Shown one piece after another: positions 9,555-19,387 of a DNA stretch of 50,926 nt (its first letter is position 1; the number at the start of each line of letters is the position of its first letter). The notes under the pieces were generated by a model that saw nothing but the letters and a program-made list of their open reading frames with translations, had not been told where the DNA came from and searched no databases. The translations under genes and the position numbers were made by a program. The stretch covers positions 1 through 50,926 of the forward strand of contig JBHGBC010000027.1 of NCBI GenBank assembly GCA_041946805.1, read 5' to 3'. Origin of the DNA: a bacterium. GTDB lineage: Bacteria; Hinthialibacterota; Hinthialibacteria; Hinthialibacterales; Hinthialibacteraceae.

Positions 9555-10805
9555 GTGATTATGGCGGCGGTCTGGATCCTGTTCGGGACGTGCCTGCTTC
9601 TCACTCCGGCTTCCACCGGCGCGGGAGAGGAGCCGGATCCCAACGCCGTGTCCGTCCGCGAGCAACTGCACGCGGAACAAGCGCGCGCCCAGGCGATCCT
9701 GGCCCGCCAGCTGGAGATGGAAAAAACGCTTCAACAGAATCAATCGAACCTGAAGCGTTTCGAGAAAATCCTCCAAAACTACCGCTACAACCTGGACCAG
9801 GCGCAAAAGGTGATCGACGCCGCCCTGCGGGAGACCCGGCAAATCGAGAAACGTCTCGCGGAAAAAGAAGAACTGCTCGCCCAATACCTCCGCGCCCTGA
9901 CTCCCTATCGCCTCGAAAACGCGTTCCTCCATCCGGACAGCCGCCTGCGGTATCAAATCACCACGCGCGCCGCGGGAAACATCGTTACGCGCCTCTTTTC
10001 CGAAATCCAAACCAGCCTGCCCCGCCTGCGGGAGTTGAATCAGATCGTGCATGAAAAAAACGATCTCCGGGAACGCATCCTGACCCGCTACCTGCCCGCC
10101 GACATGGAGAAAAAAGAGAACCAGGAACGCACCGTCAGCGAAACAAACGTGGCGCTCGAACAAACCCAACTCACTGCCGATCAGATCCAACAACGGATCG
10201 AGCAACTGCGCGGGCGACTCGCTTCCGCCGATCAGGAAATCCGCCTCCGGATCTCCGAACGCCGGCGTCTCAGCGAGCTTTCCCCAGGCGCAAAGGCGCC
10301 GGGTCCCGCGGCCGCCGCCGAACCCGACGGCGGGACGGAGAGGGTCTACGCCGAACCCGCCGCGTCTTCCTCCCCTCCCGATGGCGGCCGGCCGGAAAGC
10401 CAACCGTTCGAGGAACTGAAGGGCAAAATGTATTGGCCCGCGCCGGGAAGGGTGGTCCGTCCGTTCGGTGAGTTTACCCATCCCGAATACCGGGTTACAC
10501 TGACCAACAGCGGGATCGACGTGCAGACCTTCCCCGGCTCGGCTTCCGCGGTCCGGTCCATCGCGCCCGGACGGGTTCTCTTTTCCGGCGCGATTTCCGG
10601 ATACGGCCCCTCGGTCATCATCAGCCACGGGAATGATTACCTGAGCGTGTATGGAAACGTTAACAGCCTGGCAGCGGTGGACGAAACCGTGCAGGCGTCC
10701 CAGATCATCGGGGAAACCGCCGGTCCGGATTACCATTTTGAAATCCGCCGGGGAGACACCGCGTTGAATCCGCTGGAGTGGCTGCGTCCACTGGAAGGGA
10801 ATTGA
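9555..10805 (+). CDS. envC: EnvC-like murein hydrolase activator (signal peptide, coiled coil, degenerate M23/LytM)
   Basis: KGKMYWPAPGRVVRPFG, NSGID (HxxxD His lost), GYG.SVIISHG, YGN, YHFEIR, NPLEWL. Confidence 0.85.
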   Translation: MIMAAVWILFGTCLLLTPASTGAGEEPDPNAVSVREQLHAEQARAQAILARQLEMEKTLQQNQSNLKRFEKILQNYRYNLDQAQKVIDAALRETRQIEKRLAEKEELLAQYLRALTPYRLENAFLHPDSRLRYQITTRAAGNIVTRLFSEIQTSLPRLRELNQIVHEKNDLRERILTRYLPADMEKKENQERTVSETNVALEQTQLTADQIQQRIEQLRGRLASADQEIRLRISERRRLSELSPGAKAPGPAAAAEPDGGTERVYAEPAASSSPPDGGRPESQPFEELKGKMYWPAPGRVVRPFGEFTHPEYRVTLTNSGIDVQTFPGSASAVRSIAPGRVLFSGAISGYGPSVIISHGNDYLSVYGNVNSLAAVDETVQASQIIGETAGPDYHFEIRRGDTALNPLEWLRPLEGN

Positions 10806-10849
10806 TCACCCCGGCGGCCTCGGGATTTGGTGGAAAAGGGATTCTACGG

Positions 10850-10927
10850 ACTCCAGGATGCGGGCGGACACGAAGGTCCGCCCCTGCAAAATTCCTTCCC
10901 CCGAATCCTCTCACGAGGGAGGGATTT
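10850..10927 (+). repeat. Composite repeat (GGGCGGACAC..GTCCGCCCCT palindrome + degenerate BoxC)
   Basis: Colinear with 35606-35687. Confidence 0.7.
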
Positions 10928-11036
10928 CCATCGCCGCCGGGGATTGCCGCACGAGAGATTTTTTGAACGAGATGCACGAAGATACCGATACTATATCAAG
11001 GGATCAAGACCGTCGTTTCATCAAAGGAGTTCAGGT

Positions 11037-12434
11037 ATGAACGCCCCCGGCAAGAAACATATCGTGATGTTGTTGTGCATGCTGATCCTGATCAGCACCG
11101 GCCTCGGGATCGGGGTCCAACGCAGTGTCCTGGCGCTGGACGCGGTCGAGGATTCCATGAAAACCCTCAAGGTGCTGATCCACATCCTGGTAAAAATCCA
11201 GGATAACTACGTGAATCCCGACAAAGTTTCCACCGATTCCCTGATCAAGGGGGCGATTCATGGCATGGTCGGGACCCTGGACCGTTACAGCGTGTTCATG
11301 GAGCCGGACGACGCCAAGGAATTCAGCGATCAGACTCAAGGATCCTTCGGAGGGCTGGGCATCCAGATCGACGTGGTGGACGGCTGGCTGACGGTCATCG
11401 AGCCGCTGCCCGGCACGCCCGCGGCCCAGGCGGGATTGATGAGCGGGGACAAGATCGTCGAAATCGACGGCGAAAACACCAAGGGTCTTTCGATCTATAA
11501 GGCGATCAAGATGCTGAAGGGCGATCCGGACACGACGGTGATCCTGACCATCGCCCGGCGGAGTGAAACCGAACTGCGCGAGGTTACCCTGACCCGCGCC
11601 ATCATCAAGACCAACGCGGTGGCCCAAAACGAGAAGCGCATGTTGGACAAGAGCATCGGGTACATCCGGCTCCGCGATTTTACCCGCGACGCCGCCGACG
11701 AGTTGGAAGACGCCGTCCGCGAACTCGAAAAGCAGGGCATGCAGGGCCTGATTCTCGACTTGCGCGACAACGTGGGCGGCTTGCTGGACGTGGCGGTGCG
11801 GATTTGCGGCCTGTTCATCGACAAAGGCCAGAAAATCGTCTCCCACCGCGACCGCGACAACTACGAGAAGGTCTACTATGCCGAAACCGCCCCCATCGGC
11901 CATTTCCAAATGGCCGTGCTGGTCAATGAATTTTCCGCCAGCGCATCGGAAATCGTCGCGGGCTGCATCCAGGACCACAAGCGGGGCATTCTGGTGGGTC
12001 CCGAGGGGCACCGGACCTTCGGCAAGGGATCGGTCCAAACCCTGTATGAGTTGAAGGACATGCCCGGCATGGAAGGCGCGTCCCTCAAACTGACCACCGC
12101 CAAGTATTTCACCCCCCTGGGCCGTTCCATCGAGGACGAAAAAGGGCTGGCCCCCGACATCTACGCCCAGGTCACCGACGACCAGCGCCATGACATCCGC
12201 GTGGCGGGGAAAATCGGTTACATTCCCCCGAGCATGCTGGGAGCGCCTACCGTGGAATCCGCCACGGACACCGTCCAGGCCAAGAATCCCACCTCCGTGG
12301 CGGAAGTCTTTTCCAACCAGGAGGAAACGGATGCCAAAGCCCAGCCTGAGGATCTCTACGACATCGAACTCCTGACCGCGTACCAATGCCTGAAGGGGAT
12401 CATGCTCCTGCAAACCAGTGGAGGCGCGCAGTAA
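11037..12434 (+). CDS. ctpA: Carboxyl-terminal processing protease, S41A family with PDZ domain
   Basis: GSFGGLGI, DLRDNVGG, SASASEI, TFGKGSVQ, LTTAKYFTP; ATG 11037 after AAGGAG. Confidence 0.95.
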   Translation: MNAPGKKHIVMLLCMLILISTGLGIGVQRSVLALDAVEDSMKTLKVLIHILVKIQDNYVNPDKVSTDSLIKGAIHGMVGTLDRYSVFMEPDDAKEFSDQTQGSFGGLGIQIDVVDGWLTVIEPLPGTPAAQAGLMSGDKIVEIDGENTKGLSIYKAIKMLKGDPDTTVILTIARRSETELREVTLTRAIIKTNAVAQNEKRMLDKSIGYIRLRDFTRDAADELEDAVRELEKQGMQGLILDLRDNVGGLLDVAVRICGLFIDKGQKIVSHRDRDNYEKVYYAETAPIGHFQMAVLVNEFSASASEIVAGCIQDHKRGILVGPEGHRTFGKGSVQTLYELKDMPGMEGASLKLTTAKYFTPLGRSIEDEKGLAPDIYAQVTDDQRHDIRVAGKIGYIPPSMLGAPTVESATDTVQAKNPTSVAEVFSNQEETDAKAQPEDLYDIELLTAYQCLKGIMLLQTSGGAQ

Positions 12435-13428
12435 GGCTTTGTTGATCCTGGGAATCGAAACCTCGTGCGATGATACCGGCGTGGCGCTGACGCGGGATGG
12501 CAATCCCGTGCTCGCCAATCGGGTTTCTTCGCAAGTGGAGATCCACCGCCCCTACGGCGGCGTGGTCCCCGAGATCGCGTCCCGCGCCCATATCGAAAAC
12601 CTTCCACCCCTGGTCCACCAGGCCCTGGGCCATGCCCGGGCCGAGCTGGCGGACGTGGACGCGGTCGCGGTCACCTGCACGCCCGGCCTGGCGGGATGCC
12701 TGCTGGTGGGAGTCTCGTTCGCCAAGGCGCTGGCCTACGCCCTGCGTAGACCGCTGGTGGGGATCAACCACCTGGAGGCGCATGTTTACACGGCCGGATT
12801 GGACAAACCGGCGGACGAACATCCGCCCTTTCCGCACCTCGCCCTGCTGGTCTCTGGGGGCCATACCGCGCTGTACCGGGTGGACGGGTGGACTCGCCTG
12901 TCTTTCCTGGGGGGTACTCAGGACGACGCCGCCGGCGAGGCCTTCGACAAGGTAGCGAAAGCCCTCCACCTGGGCTTCCCCGGCGGTCCGGCCATCCAAA
13001 ACCGCGCCCGGGGCTTCATCGGGGAGTTCATCGAATTCCCCCGCCCCATGCTGGGGCAAGGCTATGATTTTTCGTTCAGCGGACTCAAGACCGCCGTGGT
13101 CAACTACCTGCGCGGCCGGGAATTGGAGAACGAGGAGATCACCCGCGTGGCGGCGTCGTTCCAACACGCGGCGGTCGATGTCTTGGTGACCAAGACCCTG
13201 CGGGCGGCCGGGGAGCTGAACCTGCGCCACATCTCCCTGGTGGGCGGCGTCTCCGCCAATGAAGCCTTACGCCAAGAACTGACCCACCGCGGAGAAAAAC
13301 AGGGATTTACGATATACCTGCCCAACAAGACCTACTCGCAGGACAACGGAGCGATGGTGGCCGGCCTGGCCTATCACTACCTGCGCGAAGGCCGCACCGC
13401 CGATTTGACCCTCAACGCGGTGGCGTAG
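12418..13428 (+). CDS. tsaD: tRNA N6-adenosine threonylcarbamoyltransferase TsaD
   Basis: LGIETSCDDT, YGGVVPEIASRAH, HLEAH, VSGGHT, DDAAGEAFDK, FSFSGLKT, GGVSAN, DNGAM; exact start uncertain. Confidence 0.97.
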   Translation: MEARSKALLILGIETSCDDTGVALTRDGNPVLANRVSSQVEIHRPYGGVVPEIASRAHIENLPPLVHQALGHARAELADVDAVAVTCTPGLAGCLLVGVSFAKALAYALRRPLVGINHLEAHVYTAGLDKPADEHPPFPHLALLVSGGHTALYRVDGWTRLSFLGGTQDDAAGEAFDKVAKALHLGFPGGPAIQNRARGFIGEFIEFPRPMLGQGYDFSFSGLKTAVVNYLRGRELENEEITRVAASFQHAAVDVLVTKTLRAAGELNLRHISLVGGVSANEALRQELTHRGEKQGFTIYLPNKTYSQDNGAMVAGLAYHYLREGRTADLTLNAVA

Positions 13429-13509
13429 GAACAACATTCATTTGCATGGAAAACGAAGTTTCCTAACTTTCTAAATACATCAGCGCAAGATCTTTTTAAT
13501 GCAGAAATC

Positions 13510-13872
13510 ATGAACGAGCCCATGACCTTAAGAATCCATGAGATAGTCAGACAAGAGATTTGTGTGAGTACCGACGATGGTCAAAAGGTATTTGAGCGGA
13601 TCTCCGCGGCGTTGTCAAATAACAACAAAGTGGTTGTCTCGTTCTTGAATGTTGGGAGTTTGACTTCCGCCTTTCTTTATGTCTCTATCGGGAATTTATA
13701 TGGAAAGTTTTCTGAAAGTCAGATTAGATCGAGTTTGGAATTCTCCGACCTCTCCTATGAAGATCAAATCCTGCTAAAACGGGTTGTGGAAAACGCCAAG
13801 GAGTATTTCAAAGATCCTGAACGCTACGAAAGGGTATTGCGGGAGGTGATGGAAGATGAAGATGATTTTTGA
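13510..13872 (+). CDS. STAS-like domain protein (DUF4325-like), AT-rich
   Basis: CVSTDDGQKVFERI...VVVSFLNV.SLTSAFL..IGNLYG; visibly lower GC than the flanks. Confidence 0.75.
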   Translation: MNEPMTLRIHEIVRQEICVSTDDGQKVFERISAALSNNNKVVVSFLNVGSLTSAFLYVSIGNLYGKFSESQIRSSLEFSDLSYEDQILLKRVVENAKEYFKDPERYERVLREVMEDEDDF

Positions 13873-13955
13873 TGCTGATCCTCATTACCCATGACGCCGA
13901 TTTCCATAATTGGGATGTGCCCATCCTTACCGCCATCCGGTTACTATTGTCCTGA
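13856..13955 (+). pseudogene. Probable remnant of a PIN-domain gene
   Basis: 13872-13955 reads MLILITHDADFHNWDVPILTAIRLLLS*, like a PIN C-terminal LxTxDxDF motif; ATG 13856 reads MKMIFDA, like a PIN N-terminus, in another frame. Confidence 0.5.
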
Positions 13956-13962
13956 TCCCCTC

Positions 13963-15180
13963 CTACCCCAATTCCTCCTCCACCCGGAAGGCGTCCTCGA
14001 AATGCTCGATGTGGGGGGGCCGGCCGCGCGGGGCGAGGATCGAGACCACGTCGTAGCGGATGTCCCAGCCTTCCCCCAGCCCCCGGTCGTGCAAGTATTT
14101 CTCCGCCGTCTGGATGATGGCCTTGCGCTTGCGGGGCGTGACCGCCTCGTAAGGCATCCCGAATCGGGACGAGGTCCTGGATTTCACCTCGATGAACACG
14201 ATCCGGGTCCCCTGGTTCATGATCAGGTCGATCTCGCCCGCGCGGCCGCGGAAATTCCGTTCCCACAGCCGGTAGCCTTTGCGGGTGAGGTACTCAATCG
14301 CCAGGGTTTCGTGCCGGCCGCCGCGGTCGACATTGGCGGGCGATGCGTCCCGCGCCTGCCGCCGCAGGTCTTCCCGCCGGAACGTCAGCCATTGCTTCAG
14401 GTAATACCGCTCCTGGCCGGTCAACGGCAGGGCGGCCAGCTCCGTTAATTGTTGTTCCACTTCTTCGATCCGTGTAAGATCACGGGCGCGCCGCAGCACG
14501 GATAGGAAGGCGGGGCCGAGATTCGGATTTTGTTCGTAATCCGGAACCCAGCGGAACGTTTTCCGGTGCAATACGCAACGGCCGAACAACTCCAGCGCCG
14601 CGCGGTGGAATTCGGTGGGATACCCCTTGTGATGACCGAAACCGTACTGGGGAAAGTTTTCGTGCCAGGCCAGCATCATGCGGTCCCGCGTGACCTTGGC
14701 GAGAATGGAGGCCGCGCCGATCAACACCGAGCTTTGGTCGCCTTTGACGATGGCCTCGCCCGGGATGCCGATCGGAGGATAATCCCGCCCGTCCACCAGC
14801 ACGTATTCCGGCGGGGGGGCGAGGTTCTCCACCGCGCGGCGCATGGCCAACAGCGAGGCCTGGCGGATATCCAGGGTTTCGATTTCACGGGGAGTGGATT
14901 GGGCGATCGAATACGCTTCCGCGTTACGGATGAGGATGTCGTAGAAACGTTCGCGGGCAGCCTCTCCCAATTGTTTGGAATCGCGGATGCCCGCCAGGAG
15001 ATGCGGATCGAGCTCCGGAGAGAGAATCACCCCCGCCGCCACCACCGGCCCGGCCAGCGGCCCCCGCCCGGCCTCATCCACGCCGGCCAGCCTCCTGTAC
15101 CCGTCGTTCCAGAGTTCCAGCTCGCGCAAGAAGGTCGGCGCCTCCCTTGGCGTTCGTGGTTTTTGGAGCAGTCTCAGCAT
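13963..15180 (-). CDS. rnhB: Ribonuclease HII fused to a C-terminal YraN (UPF0102) nuclease-like domain
   Basis: GVDEAGRGPLAGPV, DSK, VDG, KGD, AASILAKVTRD, HKGYPT; after a helical linker, YL..KGYRLWERNFR...GEIDLI...FIEVKSR...EAVTPRK...RYDVV...HFEDAF; one uninterrupted ORF. Confidence 0.92.
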   Translation of the reverse strand: MLRLLQKPRTPREAPTFLRELELWNDGYRRLAGVDEAGRGPLAGPVVAAGVILSPELDPHLLAGIRDSKQLGEAARERFYDILIRNAEAYSIAQSTPREIETLDIRQASLLAMRRAVENLAPPPEYVLVDGRDYPPIGIPGEAIVKGDQSSVLIGAASILAKVTRDRMMLAWHENFPQYGFGHHKGYPTEFHRAALELFGRCVLHRKTFRWVPDYEQNPNLGPAFLSVLRRARDLTRIEEVEQQLTELAALPLTGQERYYLKQWLTFRREDLRRQARDASPANVDRGGRHETLAIEYLTRKGYRLWERNFRGRAGEIDLIMNQGTRIVFIEVKSRTSSRFGMPYEAVTPRKRKAIIQTAEKYLHDRGLGEGWDIRYDVVSILAPRGRPPHIEHFEDAFRVEEELG

Positions 15181-15303
15181 ATCGGACACGGTCTTCCGGA
15201 TCAACGGCGTATCGAAAAACGGTTTCCCGCAATGCAGGCGGGGGGCCCGTGTTACAAGACATCAAGGACGCAAGAATCCAAAGGACAAAAAAAAACAGGT
15301 TTT

Positions 15304-15335
15304 CCCTCACCCTGGCCCACTCCCTCTGGGAGAGG
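15304..15335 (+). repeat. BoxC/triplex-type repeat copy
   Basis: CCCTCACCCTGGCCCACTCCCTCTGGGAGAGG. Confidence 0.85.
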
Positions 15336-15428
15336 AGATTGATTGCTTTTTTCGCAACCATCCCAGAACGTTGCCTGGGCTGGATTCATCCATGCCGTTG
15401 GCGCTTGAAATGCCCTAGAAATAAACCC

Positions 15429-15453
15429 GGGGCACGGAAGGCCGTGCCCCTGC
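15429..15453. repeat. GGGGCACG..CGTGCCCCT REP-like palindrome
   Basis: GGGGCACGGAAGGCCGTGCCCCTGC. Confidence 0.75.
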
Positions 15454-15503
15454 ATTTTCCAAACGAATCCTATAGGTGGAATTCCACCGCGGCATGGTTC
15501 GGC

Positions 15504-16499
<996 letters not shown>

Positions 16500-16555
16500 G
16501 ATTGAGTTCTCCTTTTTCGTTGGATTGTCTCCAAAATCGTGGATTGACAGAGCAA

Positions 16556-16605
16556 ACACAAAAATCCGCCCGGTCCGGACCCGGAAAGGGATGGGAACCG
16601 GGCGG
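16556..16605 (-). terminator. Stem-loop with U-rich tail between ilvN and ilvC
   Basis: CCGCCCGGT (16566-16574) / ACCGGGCGG (16597-16605), followed on the minus strand by ATTTTTGTGTTT. Confidence 0.45.
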
Positions 16606-16669
16606 TGGTTATCATCTTAAACCGCTTGGCCCTCTCTGCCAAGAAGCAAGGAGGAAGGCTTTGGCATCC

Positions 16670-17221
16670 TCACGCCACGGAGGTCAGGGATTGCCGCGCG
16701 CCGTTCTGGTTGGACGTGAGGCTGCGGGCCATGGCCACCCGGCCGCCGCGGGCCACTTCGAGGATGGTGTACGGGGCCAGCAGGCTGAGCAGCGCCTTGA
16801 TTTTCCCCTCGCTGCCGGTCGCTTCCACGATCAGCGATTCGGGGCTGACATCGGCGATGTGGGCGCGGAAAATGTTGGCGATCTCGGCCACTTCCGACCG
16901 CTGGCGGGGATCCACCCGGATCTTGCAAAGGATCAGCTCGCGGTCGACGATGTCGCGGTCTTCCATGGAAAAATCGTTCACCTCGTGGACATCGATCAGC
17001 TTGGCCAACTGCTTGCGCACCTGGTCGAGGATCTTGTCATCGCCGGGGCAGACGATGGTCATGCGCGACACCCGGGGATTGTCCGTGGGCGCCACCGAGA
17101 GGCTCTCGATATTGAAGCCGCGCGCCGAAAACAGTCCCGCCACCCGGGCCAGCACGCCCGAGCGGTTCTCCACCAGCACGTAAAAGATATGGCGTCGAAA
17201 TCCTTGTCCGTTCGTATTCAT
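16670..17221 (-). CDS. ilvN: Acetolactate synthase small subunit
   Basis: VLVENRSGVLARVAGLFSARGFNIESL, KQLAKLIDV, RELIL; ATG overlaps the ilvB stop (TGATG). Confidence 0.97.
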   Translation of the reverse strand: MNTNGQGFRRHIFYVLVENRSGVLARVAGLFSARGFNIESLSVAPTDNPRVSRMTIVCPGDDKILDQVRKQLAKLIDVHEVNDFSMEDRDIVDRELILCKIRVDPRQRSEVAEIANIFRAHIADVSPESLIVEATGSEGKIKALLSLLAPYTILEVARGGRVAMARSLTSNQNGARQSLTSVA

Positions 17222-19059
17222 CAGGCCATCCCCTCGATCATTTGGTTCAGCGAAGCTCCCGCCGGCACCATCGGATACACGTTTTCTTCCCGCGCCACCC
17301 AGACATCCAGGATAGCGGTTTGTTTGACGCTCAGGCATTCGCGCAGGGCGTCCTTCAGTTCACTACGCCGCGTCACCTTGCGGCCCCAGGCTCCGTAGGC
17401 CTCGGCCAGTTTCTCGAAATTAGGCAGATAGTCGGCATTCATCCAATCACCGGGATTCATCTGCGAGCGGTCCACCCCCGGTTTGGGGCGGGTCATCTCC
17501 GTGGCCGAATAGTTCTTGCCGTAGAAGAGGTCCTGCCACTGCCGCACCATGCCCAGCCACCCGTTGTTCATGATGATGATCTTCACCGGCAGGTCGTAAT
17601 ACACCGCCGTGGCCATCTCCTGGATGTTCATCTGGAACGAGGCGTCCCCGGCGATGACCACCACCTGCCGCCCCGGATGCGCCAGCTGCGCGCCGATGGC
17701 GGCCGGGAAGCCGTAACCCATCGTGCCCAATCCGCCCGAGGTCAGCCAGGTGCGCGGCCGGGTGAACGTGAAATACTGCGCCGCCCACATCTGGTGCTGG
17801 CCCACTTCCGTGGCCAAAATGGCGTCCTCCTCTTTCATCTGGTTCACCAGTTCCACCAAGTACTGCGGCATGATCAGGTTCGAGCCTTCCATGGGGTTGT
17901 ACTTGAGCGGGTGCTGCTTTTTCCAGACGTCGATTTGCTTCAACCATTCATCCGTGTCACACCGTTCCACCAGGGGAAGCAAATCCTGCAGGATGTGTTT
18001 CACGTCCCCTACCACGTCCACGTCCACGGTCACGTTTTTGCTGATCGACGAGGGATCGATGTCCATGTGGATGATTTTGGCGTGCGGGGCGAACTCGCTG
18101 ACCTTGCCGGTCACCCGGTCGTCGAAGCGCGAGCCCACCGCGATGAGCGCGTCACAATGCTGCACCGCCTTGTTGGCGTACATCGTCCCATGCATGCCCA
18201 GCATCAGCAGCGACAGGGGGTGCGTCTCGGGAAACGCGCCCAGGCCCATCAGAGTCGTGGTCACGGGGATGTTGGTTTGCGTGGCGAAGAGGAAGAGTTC
18301 GTCCGCGGCGTTGGCGTTGATCACGCCGCCTCCCACGTAGAGCAACGGTTTCTTGGACGTGCGGATGATCTCCCACGCTTGGCGCACTTTTTCCGGATCC
18401 GCCCGCAGTGGAACCTTGTATCCCGGCAGATCGGGTTTTTCCGGGTATTGGTACGGGTCCAGAGTCTTCTTTTGGATGTCCTTGGGGATATCGATCAGCA
18501 CCGGCCCCGGCCGTCCCGTCTGGGCGATATGGAAGGCGTTTTTCAGGAGCTGGGGCAGTTCCTCGATCGACTGCACCAGGTAATTGTGCTTGGTCACCGA
18601 GCGGGTGATCCCCACCACGTCCGCCTCCTGGAAGGCGTCGTTGCCGATCAGCGAGGTGGGGACCTGGCCGGTGATCACCACGAGGGGGATCGAGTCCATC
18701 ATGGCGTCCGCCAGGCCGGTGGTGGCGTTGGTCGCCCCCGGGCCCGAAGTAAGCACGCACACGCCTACCTTGCCCGTCGAGCGGGCATACCCTTCCGCCA
18801 TGTGCACCGCGCCTTGCTCGTGACGCACCAAGATGAACTGGAACTTGTCCGAATGGTTGATCTGGTCGAAGACATCGATGATGGCCCCGCCGGGGTACCC
18901 GAAGACCATCTCCACGCCCTCGCGTTCCAAGGCGTCGATGACGATCTCGCATCCCCGCTTGCTCACGGGAGCGGGCTGGGGGGCTGGCGCCGGAGTTTTC
19001 TCCGCCGCCTTGTCTTTCTTCTTTCGCTCCATTTTTTCGGTTGGCGCGCCGCCGGGCAT
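17221..19059 (-). CDS. ilvB: Acetolactate synthase large subunit, biosynthetic type
   Basis: FGYPGGA, RHEQGA, TSGPGATN, RFDDRVTG, VGQHQMWAAQ, SGGLGTMG, GDASFQMN, LGMVRQWQ; start placed after GGAGG. Confidence 0.98.
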   Translation of the reverse strand: MPGGAPTEKMERKKKDKAAEKTPAPAPQPAPVSKRGCEIVIDALEREGVEMVFGYPGGAIIDVFDQINHSDKFQFILVRHEQGAVHMAEGYARSTGKVGVCVLTSGPGATNATTGLADAMMDSIPLVVITGQVPTSLIGNDAFQEADVVGITRSVTKHNYLVQSIEELPQLLKNAFHIAQTGRPGPVLIDIPKDIQKKTLDPYQYPEKPDLPGYKVPLRADPEKVRQAWEIIRTSKKPLLYVGGGVINANAADELFLFATQTNIPVTTTLMGLGAFPETHPLSLLMLGMHGTMYANKAVQHCDALIAVGSRFDDRVTGKVSEFAPHAKIIHMDIDPSSISKNVTVDVDVVGDVKHILQDLLPLVERCDTDEWLKQIDVWKKQHPLKYNPMEGSNLIMPQYLVELVNQMKEEDAILATEVGQHQMWAAQYFTFTRPRTWLTSGGLGTMGYGFPAAIGAQLAHPGRQVVVIAGDASFQMNIQEMATAVYYDLPVKIIIMNNGWLGMVRQWQDLFYGKNYSATEMTRPKPGVDRSQMNPGDWMNADYLPNFEKLAEAYGAWGRKVTRRSELKDALRECLSVKQTAILDVWVAREENVYPMVPAGASLNQMIEGMA

Positions 19060-19137
19060 GGTCATGACCTCCATCTCGATGGATAAATTGGATTGATAGA
19101 TATTCAAAGCCGGAATGATGGGGAACCACCGCTCAAC

Positions 19138-19174
19138 AAAAAAAAGCCGTGAGCGATTTTTTCCCGCCCACGGC
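19138..19174 (-). terminator. ilv attenuator terminator
   Basis: Minus strand GCCGTGGGCG-loop-CGCTCACGGC followed by T8. Confidence 0.88.
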
Positions 19175-19199
19175 CTTGAGGATCTTCTTGAAAATACGG

Positions 19200-19295
19200 T
19201 TAACCGTCCTTCCCCAAAGCAGTGGGCCGGCGTACACCGACTACAATGACGGTAGCAAGAAGCAACTGCTTTGGGAGAAGAATCGAGGTACTCAC
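19200..19295 (-). CDS. ilv operon leader peptide (31 aa)
   Basis: GTG-start ORF MSTSILLPKQLLLATVIVVGVRRPTALGKDG*, with Ile/Leu/Val runs, directly upstream of the terminator; absent from the supplied ORF track. Confidence 0.85.
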   Translation of the reverse strand: MSTSILLPKQLLLATVIVVGVRRPTALGKDG

Positions 19296-19343
19296 CCTTT
19301 TTCCATAACTACTCTTCCACGGGTTTATCCAATACGGAATGAA

Positions 19344-19372
19344 ACTCTATCCACCAAGCGGGGATTTGTCAA
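19344..19372 (-). promoter_or_regulatory. sigma70 promoter of ilv leader/ilvBNC
   Basis: TTGACA (19367-19372) - 17 bp - TAGAGT (19344-19349). Confidence 0.7.
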
Positions 19373-19387
19373 GGGAATTTTTGAAAA

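Noticed and set aside
10827..11036. 70-aa N-terminal extension of CtpA in the ORF track
   Set aside because: It runs through a repeat element; a good RBS and ATG at 11037 precede the signal/TM segment
11031..12518. 495-aa ORF antisense to ctpA
   Set aside because: Shadow ORF caused by high-GC codon bias of a clear gene on the opposite strand
17242..19086. 614-aa ORF antisense to ilvB
   Set aside because: Shadow ORF, no motifs
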